Source: Mytilus californianus
Lineage: Eukaryota
Length of the DNA: 64,000 nt
NCBI RefSeq assembly: GCF_021869535.1
Contig: NW_026262668.1
Span: 139,500,001-139,564,000 of the forward strand
Reading direction: 5' to 3'
Below, piece after piece: positions 13,701 to 24,595 of this stretch (positions within the stretch are counted from its first letter, which is position 1; every line of letters starts with the position of its first letter). The notes under the pieces are model-generated. The model saw only the letters and a list, made by a program, of their open reading frames with translations, was not told the DNA's origin and ran no database searches. A program made the position numbers and the translations under genes.

Positions 13701-16700
13701 ATGGCTCCTACTGTCATCTATTTGAACTCCCCCTTTAGAATCATGGTTGATGGCTCCTACTGTCATCTATTTGAACTCCCCCTTTAGAATCATGGTTGAT
13801 GGCTCCTACTGTCATCTATTTGAACCCCTTTAGAATCATGGTTGATGGCTCCTACTGTCATCTATTTGAACTCCCCCTTTAGAATCATGGGTGATGGCTC
13901 CTACTGTCATCTATTTGAACTCCCCCTTAAGATCATGGTTGATGGCTCCTACTGTCATCTATTTGAACTCCCCCTTTAGAATCATGGTTGATGGCTCCTA
14001 CTGTCATCTATTTGAACTCCCTCTTTAAGAATCATGGTTGATGGCTCCTACTGTCATCTATTTGAACTCCCCCTTAAGAATCATGGTTGATGGCTTCTAC
14101 TGTCATCTATTTGAACTCCCCTTTAGAATCATGGTTGATGGCTCCTACTGTCATCTATTTGAACTCCCCCTTAAGAATCATGGTTGATGGCTCCTACTGT
14201 CATCTATTTGAACTCCCCCTTTAGAATCATGGTTGATGGCTTCTACTGTCATCTATTTGAACTCCTCCTTTGGAATCATGGTTGATGGCTCCTACTGTCA
14301 TCTATTTGAACTCCCCCTTTAGAATCATGGGTGATGGCTCCTACTGTCATCTATTTGAACTCCCCTTAAGAATCATGGTTGATGGCTCCTACTGTCATCT
14401 ATTTGAACTCCCCCTTTAGAATCATGGTTGATGGCTCCTACTGTCATCTATTTGAACTCCCCCTTTAGAATCATGGTTGATGGCTCCTACTGTCATCTAT
14501 TTGAACTCCCCCTTTAGAATCATGGGTGATGGCTCCTACTGTCATCTATTTGAACTCCCCCTTAAGAATCATGGTTGATGGCTTCTACTGTCATCTATTT
14601 GAACTCCCCCTTTAGAATCATGGTTGATGGCTTCTACTGTCATCTATTTGAACTCCCCCTTTAGAATCATGGTTGATGGCCCCTACTGTCATCTATTTGA
14701 ACTCCCCCTTTAGAATCATGGTTGATGGCTCCTACGGTCATCTATTTGAACTCCCCCTTAAGAATTATGGTTAATGGCTGCTATTGTCATCTATTTGAAC
14801 TCCCCCTTTAGAATCATGGTTGATGGCTCCTACTGTCATCTATTTGAACTCCCCCTTAAGAATCATGGTTGATGGCTCCTACTGTCATCTATTTGAACTC
14901 CCCTTTAGAATCATGGTTGATGGCTCCTACTGTCATCTATTTGAACTCCCCTTTAGAATCATGGTTGATGGCTCCTACGGTCATCTATTTGAACTCCCCC
15001 TTAAGAATTATGGTTAATGGCTGCTATTGTCATCTATTTGAACTCCCCCTTTAGAATCATGGTTGATGGCTCCTACTGTCATCTATTTGAACTCCCCCTT
15101 AAGAATCATGGTTGATGGCTCCTACTGTCATCTATTTGAACTCCCCTTTAGAATCATGGTTGATGGCTCCTACTGTCATCTACTTGAACTCCCCTTTAGA
15201 ATCATGGTTGATGGCTCCTACTGTCATCTATTTGAACTCCCCTTTAGAATCATGGGTGATGGCTCCTGCTGTCATCTATTTGAACTCCCCCTTAAGAATC
15301 ATGGGTGATGGCTCCTACTGTCATCTATTTGAACTCCCCTTTAGAATCATGGTTGATGGCTCCTACTGTCATCTATTTGAACCCCCCTTTAGAATCACGG
15401 TTGATGGCCCCTACTGTCATCTATTTGAACTCCCCCTTAAGAATTATGGTTAATGGCTGCTATTGTCATCTATTTGAACTCCCCCTTTAGAATCATGGTT
15501 CATGGCTCCTACTGCCATCTATTTGAACTCCCCCTTAAGAATCATGGTTGATGGCTCCTACTGTCATCTATTTGAACTCCCCTTTAGAATCATGGTTGAT
15601 GGCTCCTACTGTCATCTATTTGAACTCCCCTTTAGAATCATGGATGATGGCTCCTGCTGTCATCTATTTGAACTCCCCCTTAAGAATCATGGGTGATGGC
15701 TCCTACTGTCATCTATTTGAACTCCCCCTTTAGAATCATGGTTGATGGCTCCTACTGTCATCTATTTGAACTCCTCCTTTGGAATCATGGTTGATGGCTC
15801 CTACTGTCATCTATTTGAACTCCCCCTTAAGAATCATGGTTGATGGCTCCTACTGTCATCTATTTGAACTCCCCCTTAAGAATCATGGTTGATGGCTCCT
15901 ACTGTCATCTATTTGAACTCCCCCTTAAGAATCATGGTTGATGGCTTCTACTGTCATCTATTTGAACTCCCCTTTAGAATCATGGTTGATGGCTCCTACT
16001 GTCATCTATTTGAACTCCCCCTTTAGAATCATGGTTGATGGCTCCTACTGTCATCTATTTGAACTCCCCCTTTAGAATCATGGTTGATGGCCCCTACTGT
16101 CATCTATTTGAACTCCCCCTTTAGAATCACGGTTGATGGCCCCTACTGTCATCTATTTGAACTCCCCCTTAAGAATTATGGTTAATGGCTGCTATTGTCA
16201 TCTATTTGAACTCCCCCTTTAGAATCATGGTTGATGGCTCCTACTATCATCTATTTGAACTCCCCCTTTAGAATCATGGTTGATGGCCCCTACTGTCATC
16301 TATTTGAACTCCCCCTTTAGAATCATGGTTGATGGCTCCTACTGTCATCTATTTGAACTCCCCCGTAAGAATCATGGTTGATGGCTCCTGCTGTCATCTA
16401 TTTGAACTCCCCCTTAAGAATCATGGTTGATGGATCCTACTGTCATCTATTTGAACTCCCCCTTAAGAATCATGATAAATGGCTCCTACTGTCATCTATT
16501 TAAACTCCCCCTTTAGAATCATGGTTGATGGCTCCTACTGTCATCTATTTGAACTCCCCCTTAAGAATCATGGTTGATGGCTCCTACTGTCATCTATTTG
16601 AACTCCCCCTTTAGAATCATGGTTGATGGCTCCTACTGTCATCTATTTGAACTCCCCCTTTAGAATCATGGTTGATGGCCCCTACTGTCATCTATTTGAA

Positions 16701-19700
16701 CTCCCCCTTTAGAATCACGGTTGATGGCCCCCTACTGTCATCTATTTGAACTCCCCCTTTAGAATCATGGTTGATGGCACCTACTGTCATCTATTTGAAC
16801 TCCCCCTTAAGAATCATGGTTGATGGCTCCTACTGTCATCTGTTTGAACTCCCCCTTAAGAATCATGGTTGATGGCTCCTACTGTCATCTATTTGAACTC
16901 CCCCTTAAGAATCATGATTAATGGCTCCTACTGTCATCTATTTAAACTCCCCCTTTAGAATCATGGTTGATGGCTCCTACTGTCATCCATTTGAACTCCC
17001 CCTTTAGAATCATGGTTGATGGCTCCTACTGTCATCTATTTGAACTCCCTCCTAAGAATCATGGTTGATGGCTCCTACTGTCATCTATTTGAACTCCCCC
17101 TTAAGAATCATGGTTGATGGCTTCTACTGTCATCTATTTGAACTCCCCTTTAGAATCATGGTTGATGGCTCCTACTGTCATCTATTTGAACTCCCCCTTT
17201 AGAATCATGGTTGATGGCTCCTACTGTCATCTATTTGAACTCCCCCTTTAGAATCATGGTTGATGGCCCCTACTGTCATCTATTTGAACTCCCCCTTTAG
17301 AATCACGGTTGATGGCCCCTACTGTCATCTATTTGAACTCCCCCTTAAGAATTATGGTTAATGGCTGCTATTGTCATCTATTTGAACTCCCCCTTTAGAA
17401 TCATGGTTGATGGCTCCTACTGTCATCTATTTGAACTCCCCCTTTAGAATCATGGGTGATGGCTCCTGCTGTCATCTATTTGAACTCCCCCTTAAGAATC
17501 ATGGTTGATGGCTCCTACTGTCATCTATTTGAACTCCCCCTTTAGAATCATGGTTGATGGCTCCTACTGTCATCTATTTGAACTCCCCCTTAAGAATCAT
17601 GGTTGATGGCTCCTACTGTCATCTATTTGAACTCCCCTTTTAGAATCATGGTTGATGGCTCCTGCTGTCATCTATTTGAACTCCCCCTTAAGAATCATGG
17701 TTGATGGCTCCTACTGTCATCTATTTGAACTCCCCCTGTAGAATCATGGGTGATGGCTCCTACTGTCATCGGGAATAACTTTTTTTTTTTAAATATAGTT
17801 AAACCATACATATCATACATATGTGAACCTATGTTGGTATTATCTGGTATAAAAAGATTTGAAATTTCATATTATACTGTTACGGCCAGAAATCACCTTT
17901 AAATTGTGGCCAACAAAAGACAAAAATCAATAATAAATTTAACAAGATTTATTATACAATTTTACAAGAAATATTATACAAATAGAAATGTCAACTTAAC
18001 CGTTAACATATCTGAATGTCTGATCCTATAGTCTTTTCTTTATCCGGAATTCTTCTCTTAATTGTTGAGTAATCCAAACGGAATATTAATATGTCCAATA
18101 ACTTCACAAACTAGTATGATGATGTTGTTAACGTAGATAAAAGTGCCAATCCAACAACTCCAGAGATCTTCTGAAAATACTTAAATATTTTCTGATAAGT
18201 CTAATTTCGGTGTCTGTATATATAGTTGTCACGGAATCTTCTAGAAGACTGTAGAAGGGAAACTTCTAGAAGATTAAAGAAAGGAAACTTCTAGAACACT
18301 GTAGAAGTTTCAATTACGCATTGTAGATTATGATCATTCTGGAATTATTGTGCAAGTCAAATAGAAAGTTCTAATCATTCCATAAGTATCTATAATTGTT
18401 CCCGAGATTTTCTAAACTACACAATAACACTATTTTGTAAGCAACTATAAAAAGGTCACAACCCAATTATGTAAACATCTTACAAGGCCACACAAAACAA
18501 ACCCGGCCAAGATAAATAATCATGATAATTACAATCTCATAACAATACTTGAAAAACTGCAAAACTTTATATAAAAAGCTGTAAATGACGGAGGGCTATT
18601 AAACTTTGAAAGAATAATCTTCATTGGGCTGTACAGTTCCCACTTTAGATACCAGGTGAGCATTAAATGTTTTTTTTATATCCACTAGTTAGACTTTATC
18701 CTTTGAATGAATTGCTGAATTGGATTATCTCTTTTTTCAGGGTTCAGCTCTGGGAGCAATGGTTGGTTTTTTGACTTATGGAAACAAAAAGTTTTATGAA
18801 CTTGATTCGAGAATGAGAAAGATTATACCACCATTGTATAAAACCATGAAAGACTTGATACAATTTGTTGATGCTGATGCTGCAGCCTTCAGTGAATATA
18901 TGGTGAGTTGATTTGGATATGATGAATTAATGAAATACATAGTCTAGTATAACTTAACTTAAATCTTTCAATCAACTCTTATTGATAGTTAATTATAATA
19001 CTGCTTAATGAATTCATAGGTTATATTGGAGGTGTTTTTCTCTAAAGTAAAACATAATGGTTTCTGAAGTGATATAGTAATTTATCTATATTTAGATTAT
19101 TTGTCTGTCCATAACAGATTGTAAATACTGGCCTACAAGTCAAAATGCAAAATGGATAACAATTCTGTTATGGAAACAAAAAGGCTTGATTTACTCTTGG
19201 AATGGAGGCTATATTGCTATCAGCTTGTCTGTCTGATTGTCTAACGAATGTTTTTCTCAGGAACTTTTGAACAGAATGACTTCACATTGGGTCAGCAGCT
19301 TTACAGTGTGTATGCATGTTTCAGATTTGTGAGATACCTACTTTACAGAGCTGTTTACAGATACTTTGAATTAATCTACAAAATAACTGCATGAAAATGA
19401 AACAAAGCAAACATTTACATTATAAATTATTAAAAAAAAATATATGTTACTAGTTAAAGGGGCATTAGCCACGAGATATAAAAAAAAATTAAAATATGAT
19501 TTTTTTTTAGTTCAATCTTTAATGAAAGTGAAATAGTGAAATGATAATTCGCTTTTAGCAGCCAGTTTGGTTCAATTTTGTCAAAAAAAACTTAGAAACA
19601 TCGCTGATGAATTATTCACTTTCAAGTGAATAATTCGACCTCATTGAATAAGTATTCATGTGACCTTCAATATAACGCCTTAGCTAGAGATGGGTTACGC

Positions 19701-22700
19701 ATGAATAAGGCGTGTTCAGTTATTGAAAGGAAAAGAATGTCAACATTGAAAGTGAAACAAGGGTAAACCATTTGATTGACTGATTGATCCACAAAAACTC
19801 ATTCTCATACAGGTAAAAACGATGATTAACATATATTTTTAACCTATAATATGAAATCAAACAAACCTAGAAAAATCCAATTGCATGAGTTCACTATCTA
19901 TTTATATCTATATTTGTGTTTATATCAGGTTATATGACCGTCGGCAGTTTTCGGAGGTCACCTCGATGGTTAATTAGATGGCGTCTAGACTAAAATACAC
20001 GAAATGCTGATAAATATTATCGAGCCCATGCATTGTAAATTGTTTATTTTAGACTTATTGTAATTTGGATATAGGTTTTAGTATGTTATAAATCAAATTT
20101 TTTTTTTTTAGTCAAATCGGTAAACATGAATTTGACAGCTAATGCCCCTTTAAAGAAATTCTGATTGAAATTTTATATTACAATAATGTAATGTGTGTTC
20201 CTTATTTGAATTTTGAAACAAGAATGACATTTATATAAAAAGATGTTTTCCTTTCAAACAACAGTTGGCATTAAAGTTACCCCAAGACACAGAGGAAGAC
20301 AAGACTTTGTAAGTATGCAAATTATCTCTTTTTTTTAACATTGTAATTTTTGAAGAACTATTTTATTTTTACATTTTAAATATGGGAATTAACTTTGTTT
20401 GTATTGAAAATATGAAAGATAGTTCATTTGACTTTGTAGAAAAGTAGATAGCTTGTTTTGACATTGTTACCATAGAAGATAGCTCTTTTGACTTTTTTGG
20501 AAAATGTTATAAGGTTCCATATGTTGAGTGATTTAATTTCATATAATATTGATTGAATATATACAAAATTTTATTTTCTCAAAACAGATTGTCATAGTTT
20601 GTATAGAAATTAATTAGAGTTTCCTGCATTTCACTCTAGTTGTAAGATATAGATTTGATACAATAACTGAAACATGTTTCTTTTTTAATTGTTTGGAGAT
20701 TTCCATGATAACTATAACATATTTTGTTAGAAAAATACAAACAGCAACTATATATGTTTTCTGGAATCAGTAGAAACACAACCATCACAAAGACTTAGCA
20801 TAATTCTTATAGAAAATCTTAATTTGGAGACAAAAACTATTCAACATAGATGGCTTTTGATGGATAAATATAATTGCTTACATCCACTTCATTTGAACTT
20901 TGGTGGATAGTTGTCTCATTGGCAGTCATACCATTTCACCTTATTTTTATACGCCAGTCAAAATTTTGACGGGAAGTATTACGGTATACAAATGTCGTCT
21001 GTCTGTCCGGCGTAAACATGTCGCACCGTAACTTTAGAACGACTTATCTAAATTTCATGAAACTTAACATAGTTGTTTCTTATGATGGTCAAATGATCTG
21101 TATACTTTTTGGGGAAAATAAGATTAAAATTTTTTGAGTTACGGGACTTAGTAACTAAAACAGGTGTGTGTTTTTTTTTCACATGTCGTGCCGTATCTCA
21201 AAAAGAATTTAAGATTATTGCTTAAAACTTTACACACTTCTTAGTTATATTAATCTTAAGATCTGTATACTTTTTGGTGATGATTCAAAATTTTATTTTT
21301 GAGTTATTGAGTATTTTGTAAAAAAAAAGGGGGAAGGGTTTTTCACATGTCGCGCTGTATCTCAAAAACAATTTATAATTATTGCTTAAAATTTTACACA
21401 CTTCTTAGTTATATTAATCTAAAGGTCTGTATTCTTTTTGGTTTTGATTCAAAATTTTATTTTAGAGATATTGATATTTTTTTTTTAAAAGGGGGTTTTT
21501 CACATGTCGCGCCGTATCTCAAAAACGATTTATGATTATTGCTTAAAATTTTACACACTTCTTAGTTATATTAATCTAAAGATCTGTATACTTTTTGGTT
21601 TTGATTCAAAATTTTATTTTAGAGAGTTTTTTGTAAAAAAAAGGGGGGTTTTCGCATGTCACGCTGTATGTCAGAAACTATTTATGATTATTGCATAAAA
21701 ATTCACACACAAGACGATGGGCGTATCATGCGCTCATGGCACAGCTGTTTATTTAACAATTATGTTGATATTTTTCAGGAGAGCTGTAGCAATGCAAGAA
21801 GGACTTCATACTGCTATCAGGGTACCCCTAACAGTATCCAGACTGGCTAATAGCATGTGGCCATACTTAAAGGAACTAGCAGAAATAGGCAATATCAACT
21901 GTAAATCTGACCTACAGGTAAATAGCATGGGGCCATACTTAAAAGGAACTAGCAGAAATAGGTAATATTAACTAAATCTGACCTACAGGTAAATAGCATG
22001 GGGCCATACTTAAAAGGAACTAGCAGAAATAGGCAATATTAACTAAATCTGACCTACAGTTAAATAGCATGTGGCCATACTTAAAAGGAACAAGCAGAAA
22101 TAGGCAATATTAACTGTAAATCTGACCTACAGGTAAATAGCATGGGGCCTTACTTAAAGGCACTAGCAGAAATAGGCAATATTATCTGTAAATCTGACCT
22201 ACAGGTAATAGCATAGGACTTACTTAAAGGAACTAGCAGAGATAGACAATATTATCTGTAAATCTGACCTACAGGTAAATAGCATGGGGCCATACTTAAA
22301 GGAACTAGCAGGAATAGGCAATATTATCTGTAAATCTGACCTACAGGTAAACAGCATGGGGCCATACTTAAAAGGAACTAGCAGAAATAGGCAATATTAA
22401 CTGTAAATCTGACCTACAGGTAAATAGCATGGGGCCATACTTAAAAGGAACTATTAGAAATAGGCAATAGTATCTGTAAATCTGACCTACAGGTAAATAG
22501 CATGGGCCATTTTTAAAGGAACTAGCAGAAATATGCAATATTTACTAAATCTGACCTACAGGTAAATAAAAGGTGATAACTCTGGCTTTGTTGATTTTGG
22601 CTTGACAATTTGATGGTCATAGTGGTAATTTATCCAATTATTTAGAAGATAGGCTAATTTTAGAAATATTTAGGCTAAGTTGGTATAGTCCACAATCATA

Positions 22701-24595
22701 ATCCTGATGATAAATATTAGCTCAAAATACACCACTTGGAGGAATGTCTTTTTGAGTCAGGGTTTGTTCCATAATTTTTGTAGCATCTGATAGTAAATTT
22801 GTCCTGATTTGAGGCCTAATAACAATTTTGCTAAAGTGACGGTCTTTTCATGACTGTATTACCCTCGAGGAGCCAATATTCAAACTGAAATAGCAGTTTC
22901 TTTGAAGTACAGTCATTGAACATTTAATTCTGAAAATTTGGGAAAATTTGAAATAGTTTTGATTCAAAGACCCAACTTGGCCTTTGTAATTTTGTTAGAA
23001 AACATCAGTTGTCATCGATAGTTTTGTTGAATTAATCTCCATATCTTGTATGCAGATGACTTATGTTCTAATGTTTCTGTCAGGCATATGTCTGTTAGCC
23101 TTGACTTTATTTTCATGGTTCAGCAACTGCTTAAAAAAATGTTTTGTTTATCATGTGATTTTCTTACTTATTATGAGTAATATATTTTGTGTATGGAATG
23201 ATTGTCAGGTGTACAAGTCTTTCGGGATTCATCTGAAAACCTTATTTTCATGCTCCATTAGTCACCATTAAATTTTCATGTTTAAGAATAATTATATGGT
23301 GTTTATTGATGATAAGCAGAGTTCATTTGACCTTGACCTCATTTTTATGGATCATGGATGATGATAAGTTCATGTAATACGTGTAGTAAAATTGTTATCT
23401 TAAAGACTTTAAACATATAATTAAATCATGATGAGTAAAGCAGGCGAGCATCTCAGCCTGTGTGATGGAAAATAGATTTAAATGCCAAGATGAAAGAATA
23501 TTAATATAAAAAAGAAGATGTGGTATGATTGCCAATGAGACAACTCTCCACAAGAGACCAAATGACACAGAAATTAACAGCTATAGGTAATGTGTCTGTC
23601 ATCTTTTCGAAAGTTCTTCATTATTGGAATAAATGATGCCAATTTTTTCTCAAAATTAGTCTTGCAGATTAACATTAGAAAATACCAGTGGCCATACAGT
23701 TCTATCATATATTTAATAGAATTCAAGTTGTATGTAGTTTTTGTGTTTAAAGCTTTTAAATAAGATACAGTAAAGTTGTTTTATCACAAATTTTTTAACT
23801 GAAATATTTTTGTTGCATAGGTAAATATATTTGTGTATCTAGGTAATTATTTTTCTGTATCTAGGTTGGTGCCAAGACATTAGAAACTGCAGTATGGGGA
23901 ACGTATTATAACATACAAACAAACCTGACTGATGTACAAGATGATGAAGTTAAATCTAAGGTAAATCCCTTTTGATTTCCAAACTTAACCATTAGAGTTC
24001 AAAGGTCACACACTAGCTCTAGAATGATCAAATTATTTTAAACTTTATACTGTTGTTGACCTGGGAATGGTGAAAGTTATACAATTTTAATATACAAAAT
24101 GCAACATATCATGCGCGCTTGGCACAGCTCTTTATTCATTATGTTGAATGGACTTAAAAAAAATTATAACATTTTTCTAAAAAATCACTCAAAAGAGTGC
24201 ATTCATATTTGGTCAGCAGCTGAACATTGATGAATTGTAATGTGAGAATATCTTAAGGATAGGTTAAATACCTTCTTCCTGTTTGCCGATCCATTGAATT
24301 TTTCAATTTATTCATGAACGTCAAATTATTATTTGTTGCACTTTTCTGAAAAACTAATCAATAGAATGCATTCATATTTGTTCATTACCTCAATAGTGAT
24401 GAGTTGAAACTTGCTTTTCAGATCTGACAGACACCTATTTCATGTTTTCTGATACTTTTCTGTGCATGCTTGTTCTAAATAATTTTATATTTGTATTTGT
24501 AATTTTAGGTGACTGAAGAAATAGATGCAGCGATAAAATTAGCTGGAGAAGCTTGTGCAGAAGTTCTGAAGATCTGTGATCAGAGGAAAGCTTAA
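7606..24595 (+). CDS. FTCD: Formimidoyltransferase-cyclodeaminase, 5'-partial gene model: join(7606..7743,8196..8327,9239..9300,10327..10453,18741..18902,20265..20308,21779..21917,23865..23960,24509..24595)
   Basis: Nine GT-AG exons splice in frame (987 nt = 328 aa + TAA). The translation has the FTCD motifs [75 protein letters not shown] found no upstream formiminotransferase exons in 1-7600. Confidence 0.96.
8196..8327 (+). CDS. FTCD: FTCD exon ([44 protein letters not shown])
   Basis: cattgcag acceptor, ttg|gtttgt donor, 132 nt. Confidence 0.95.
8311..9120 (+). repeat. 70-bp minisatellite starting at the FTCD exon 8196-8327 donor
   Basis: tagaaaac recurs at 8381, 8454, 8581, 8651, 8721, 8791, 8861, 8931, 9001, 9071; near-identical units from 8575. 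Confidence 0.95.
9239..9300 (+). CDS. FTCD: FTCD exon ([21 protein letters not shown])
   Basis: gtttacag acceptor, ga|gtaagt donor, 62 nt; not in the ORF track frame. Confidence 0.95.
9883..10113 (+). repeat. 46-49-bp minisatellite, about 5 copies
   Basis: unit ttattcccttattctagaatatacgataacagtgaattgttaatta(tta). Confidence 0.95.
10327..10453 (+). CDS. FTCD: FTCD exon ([42 protein letters not shown])
   Basis: tttttag acceptor, cta|gtaagt donor, 127 nt; cyclodeaminase PTPGGGS motif. Confidence 0.96.
10398..10722 (+). repeat. 82-bp tandem repeat built from the FTCD exon 3' end plus donor
   Basis: gtaag at 10454, 10536, 10618, 10700; 31/38 identity between the exon end and the first copy. Confidence 0.9.
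11085..17770 (+). repeat. 49-bp intronic satellite, about 6.7 kb (roughly 135-140 copies)
   Basis: unit gaatcatggttgatggctcctactgtcatctatttgaactccccctt(t/a)a; variant markers recur at an 832-bp offset (12221/13053, 12481/13313). Confidence 0.99.
17878..18544 (-). mobile_element. Solo LTR (667 bp), probably Ty3/Gypsy type
   Basis: TGTTA...TAACA inverted termini, 4-bp TSD ATAC (17874-17877 and 18545-18548), TATA-like and AATAAA motifs in order on the minus strand. Confidence 0.8.
18741..18902 (+). CDS. FTCD: FTCD exon ([18 protein letters not shown]...[12 protein letters not shown])
   Basis: ttttttcag acceptor, atg|gtgagt donor, 162 nt. Confidence 0.96.
19458..20149 (+). mobile_element. TTAA-flanked MITE (Kolobok-like), copy 1
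   Basis: TTAA|AGGGGCATTAGC ... GCTAATGCCCCT|TTAA; homologous along its length to 48483-49421. Superfamily inferred from the TTAA TSD and RR termini. Confidence 0.85.
20265..20308 (+). CDS. FTCD: FTCD exon ([15 protein letters not shown])
   Basis: aacag acceptor, tt|gtaagt donor, 44 nt; bridges the phases of the flanking exons; LP...TEE motif. Confidence 0.9.
20945..21750 (+). mobile_element. HINE-type element with ~160-bp internal tandem repeats
   Basis: 5' palindrome atacgccagtcaaaattttgacgggaagtat, gtcgtctgtctgtcc microsatellite, units at 21181/21345/21502/21655, 3' subTIR gatgggcgtat plus catg-cgct-catg hairpin. Confidence 0.8.
21779..21917 (+). CDS. FTCD: FTCD exon ([46 protein letters not shown])
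   Basis: tttttcag acceptor, cag|gtaaat donor, 139 nt. Confidence 0.95.
21858..22566 (+). repeat. ~71-bp tandem array made of the last ~60 nt of an FTCD exon plus its donor, 10 copies
   Basis: ctgacctacag|gtaa at 21918, 21989, 22060 (GT mutated), 22133, 22205, 22275, 22347, 22420, 22493, 22562. Confidence 0.97.
23060..23460 (+). mobile_element. Degenerate fragment of the family at 1-945
   Basis: tgtatggaatgattgtcaggtgtac, gaccttgacctcattt, terminal agtaaagcaggcgag. Confidence 0.55.
23865..23960 (+). CDS. FTCD: FTCD exon ([32 protein letters not shown])
   Basis: ctgtatctag acceptor, aag|gtaaat donor, 96 nt. Confidence 0.93.
24509..24595 (+). CDS. FTCD: FTCD terminal coding exon ([28 protein letters not shown])
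   Basis: aattttag acceptor, TAA at 24593-24595; length fits the FTCD C-terminal helix. Confidence 0.88.
   Translation: MTEEIDAAIKLAGEACAEVLKICDQRKA

Noticed and set aside
11085-17770. CRISPR-like array, or repeat-protein ORFs ([13 protein letters not shown]...) in the 49-bp satellite
   Set aside because: Units are contiguous with no unique spacers and there are no cas genes. 49 is not a multiple of 3, so the ORFs are frame-cycling artefacts inside an FTCD intron.
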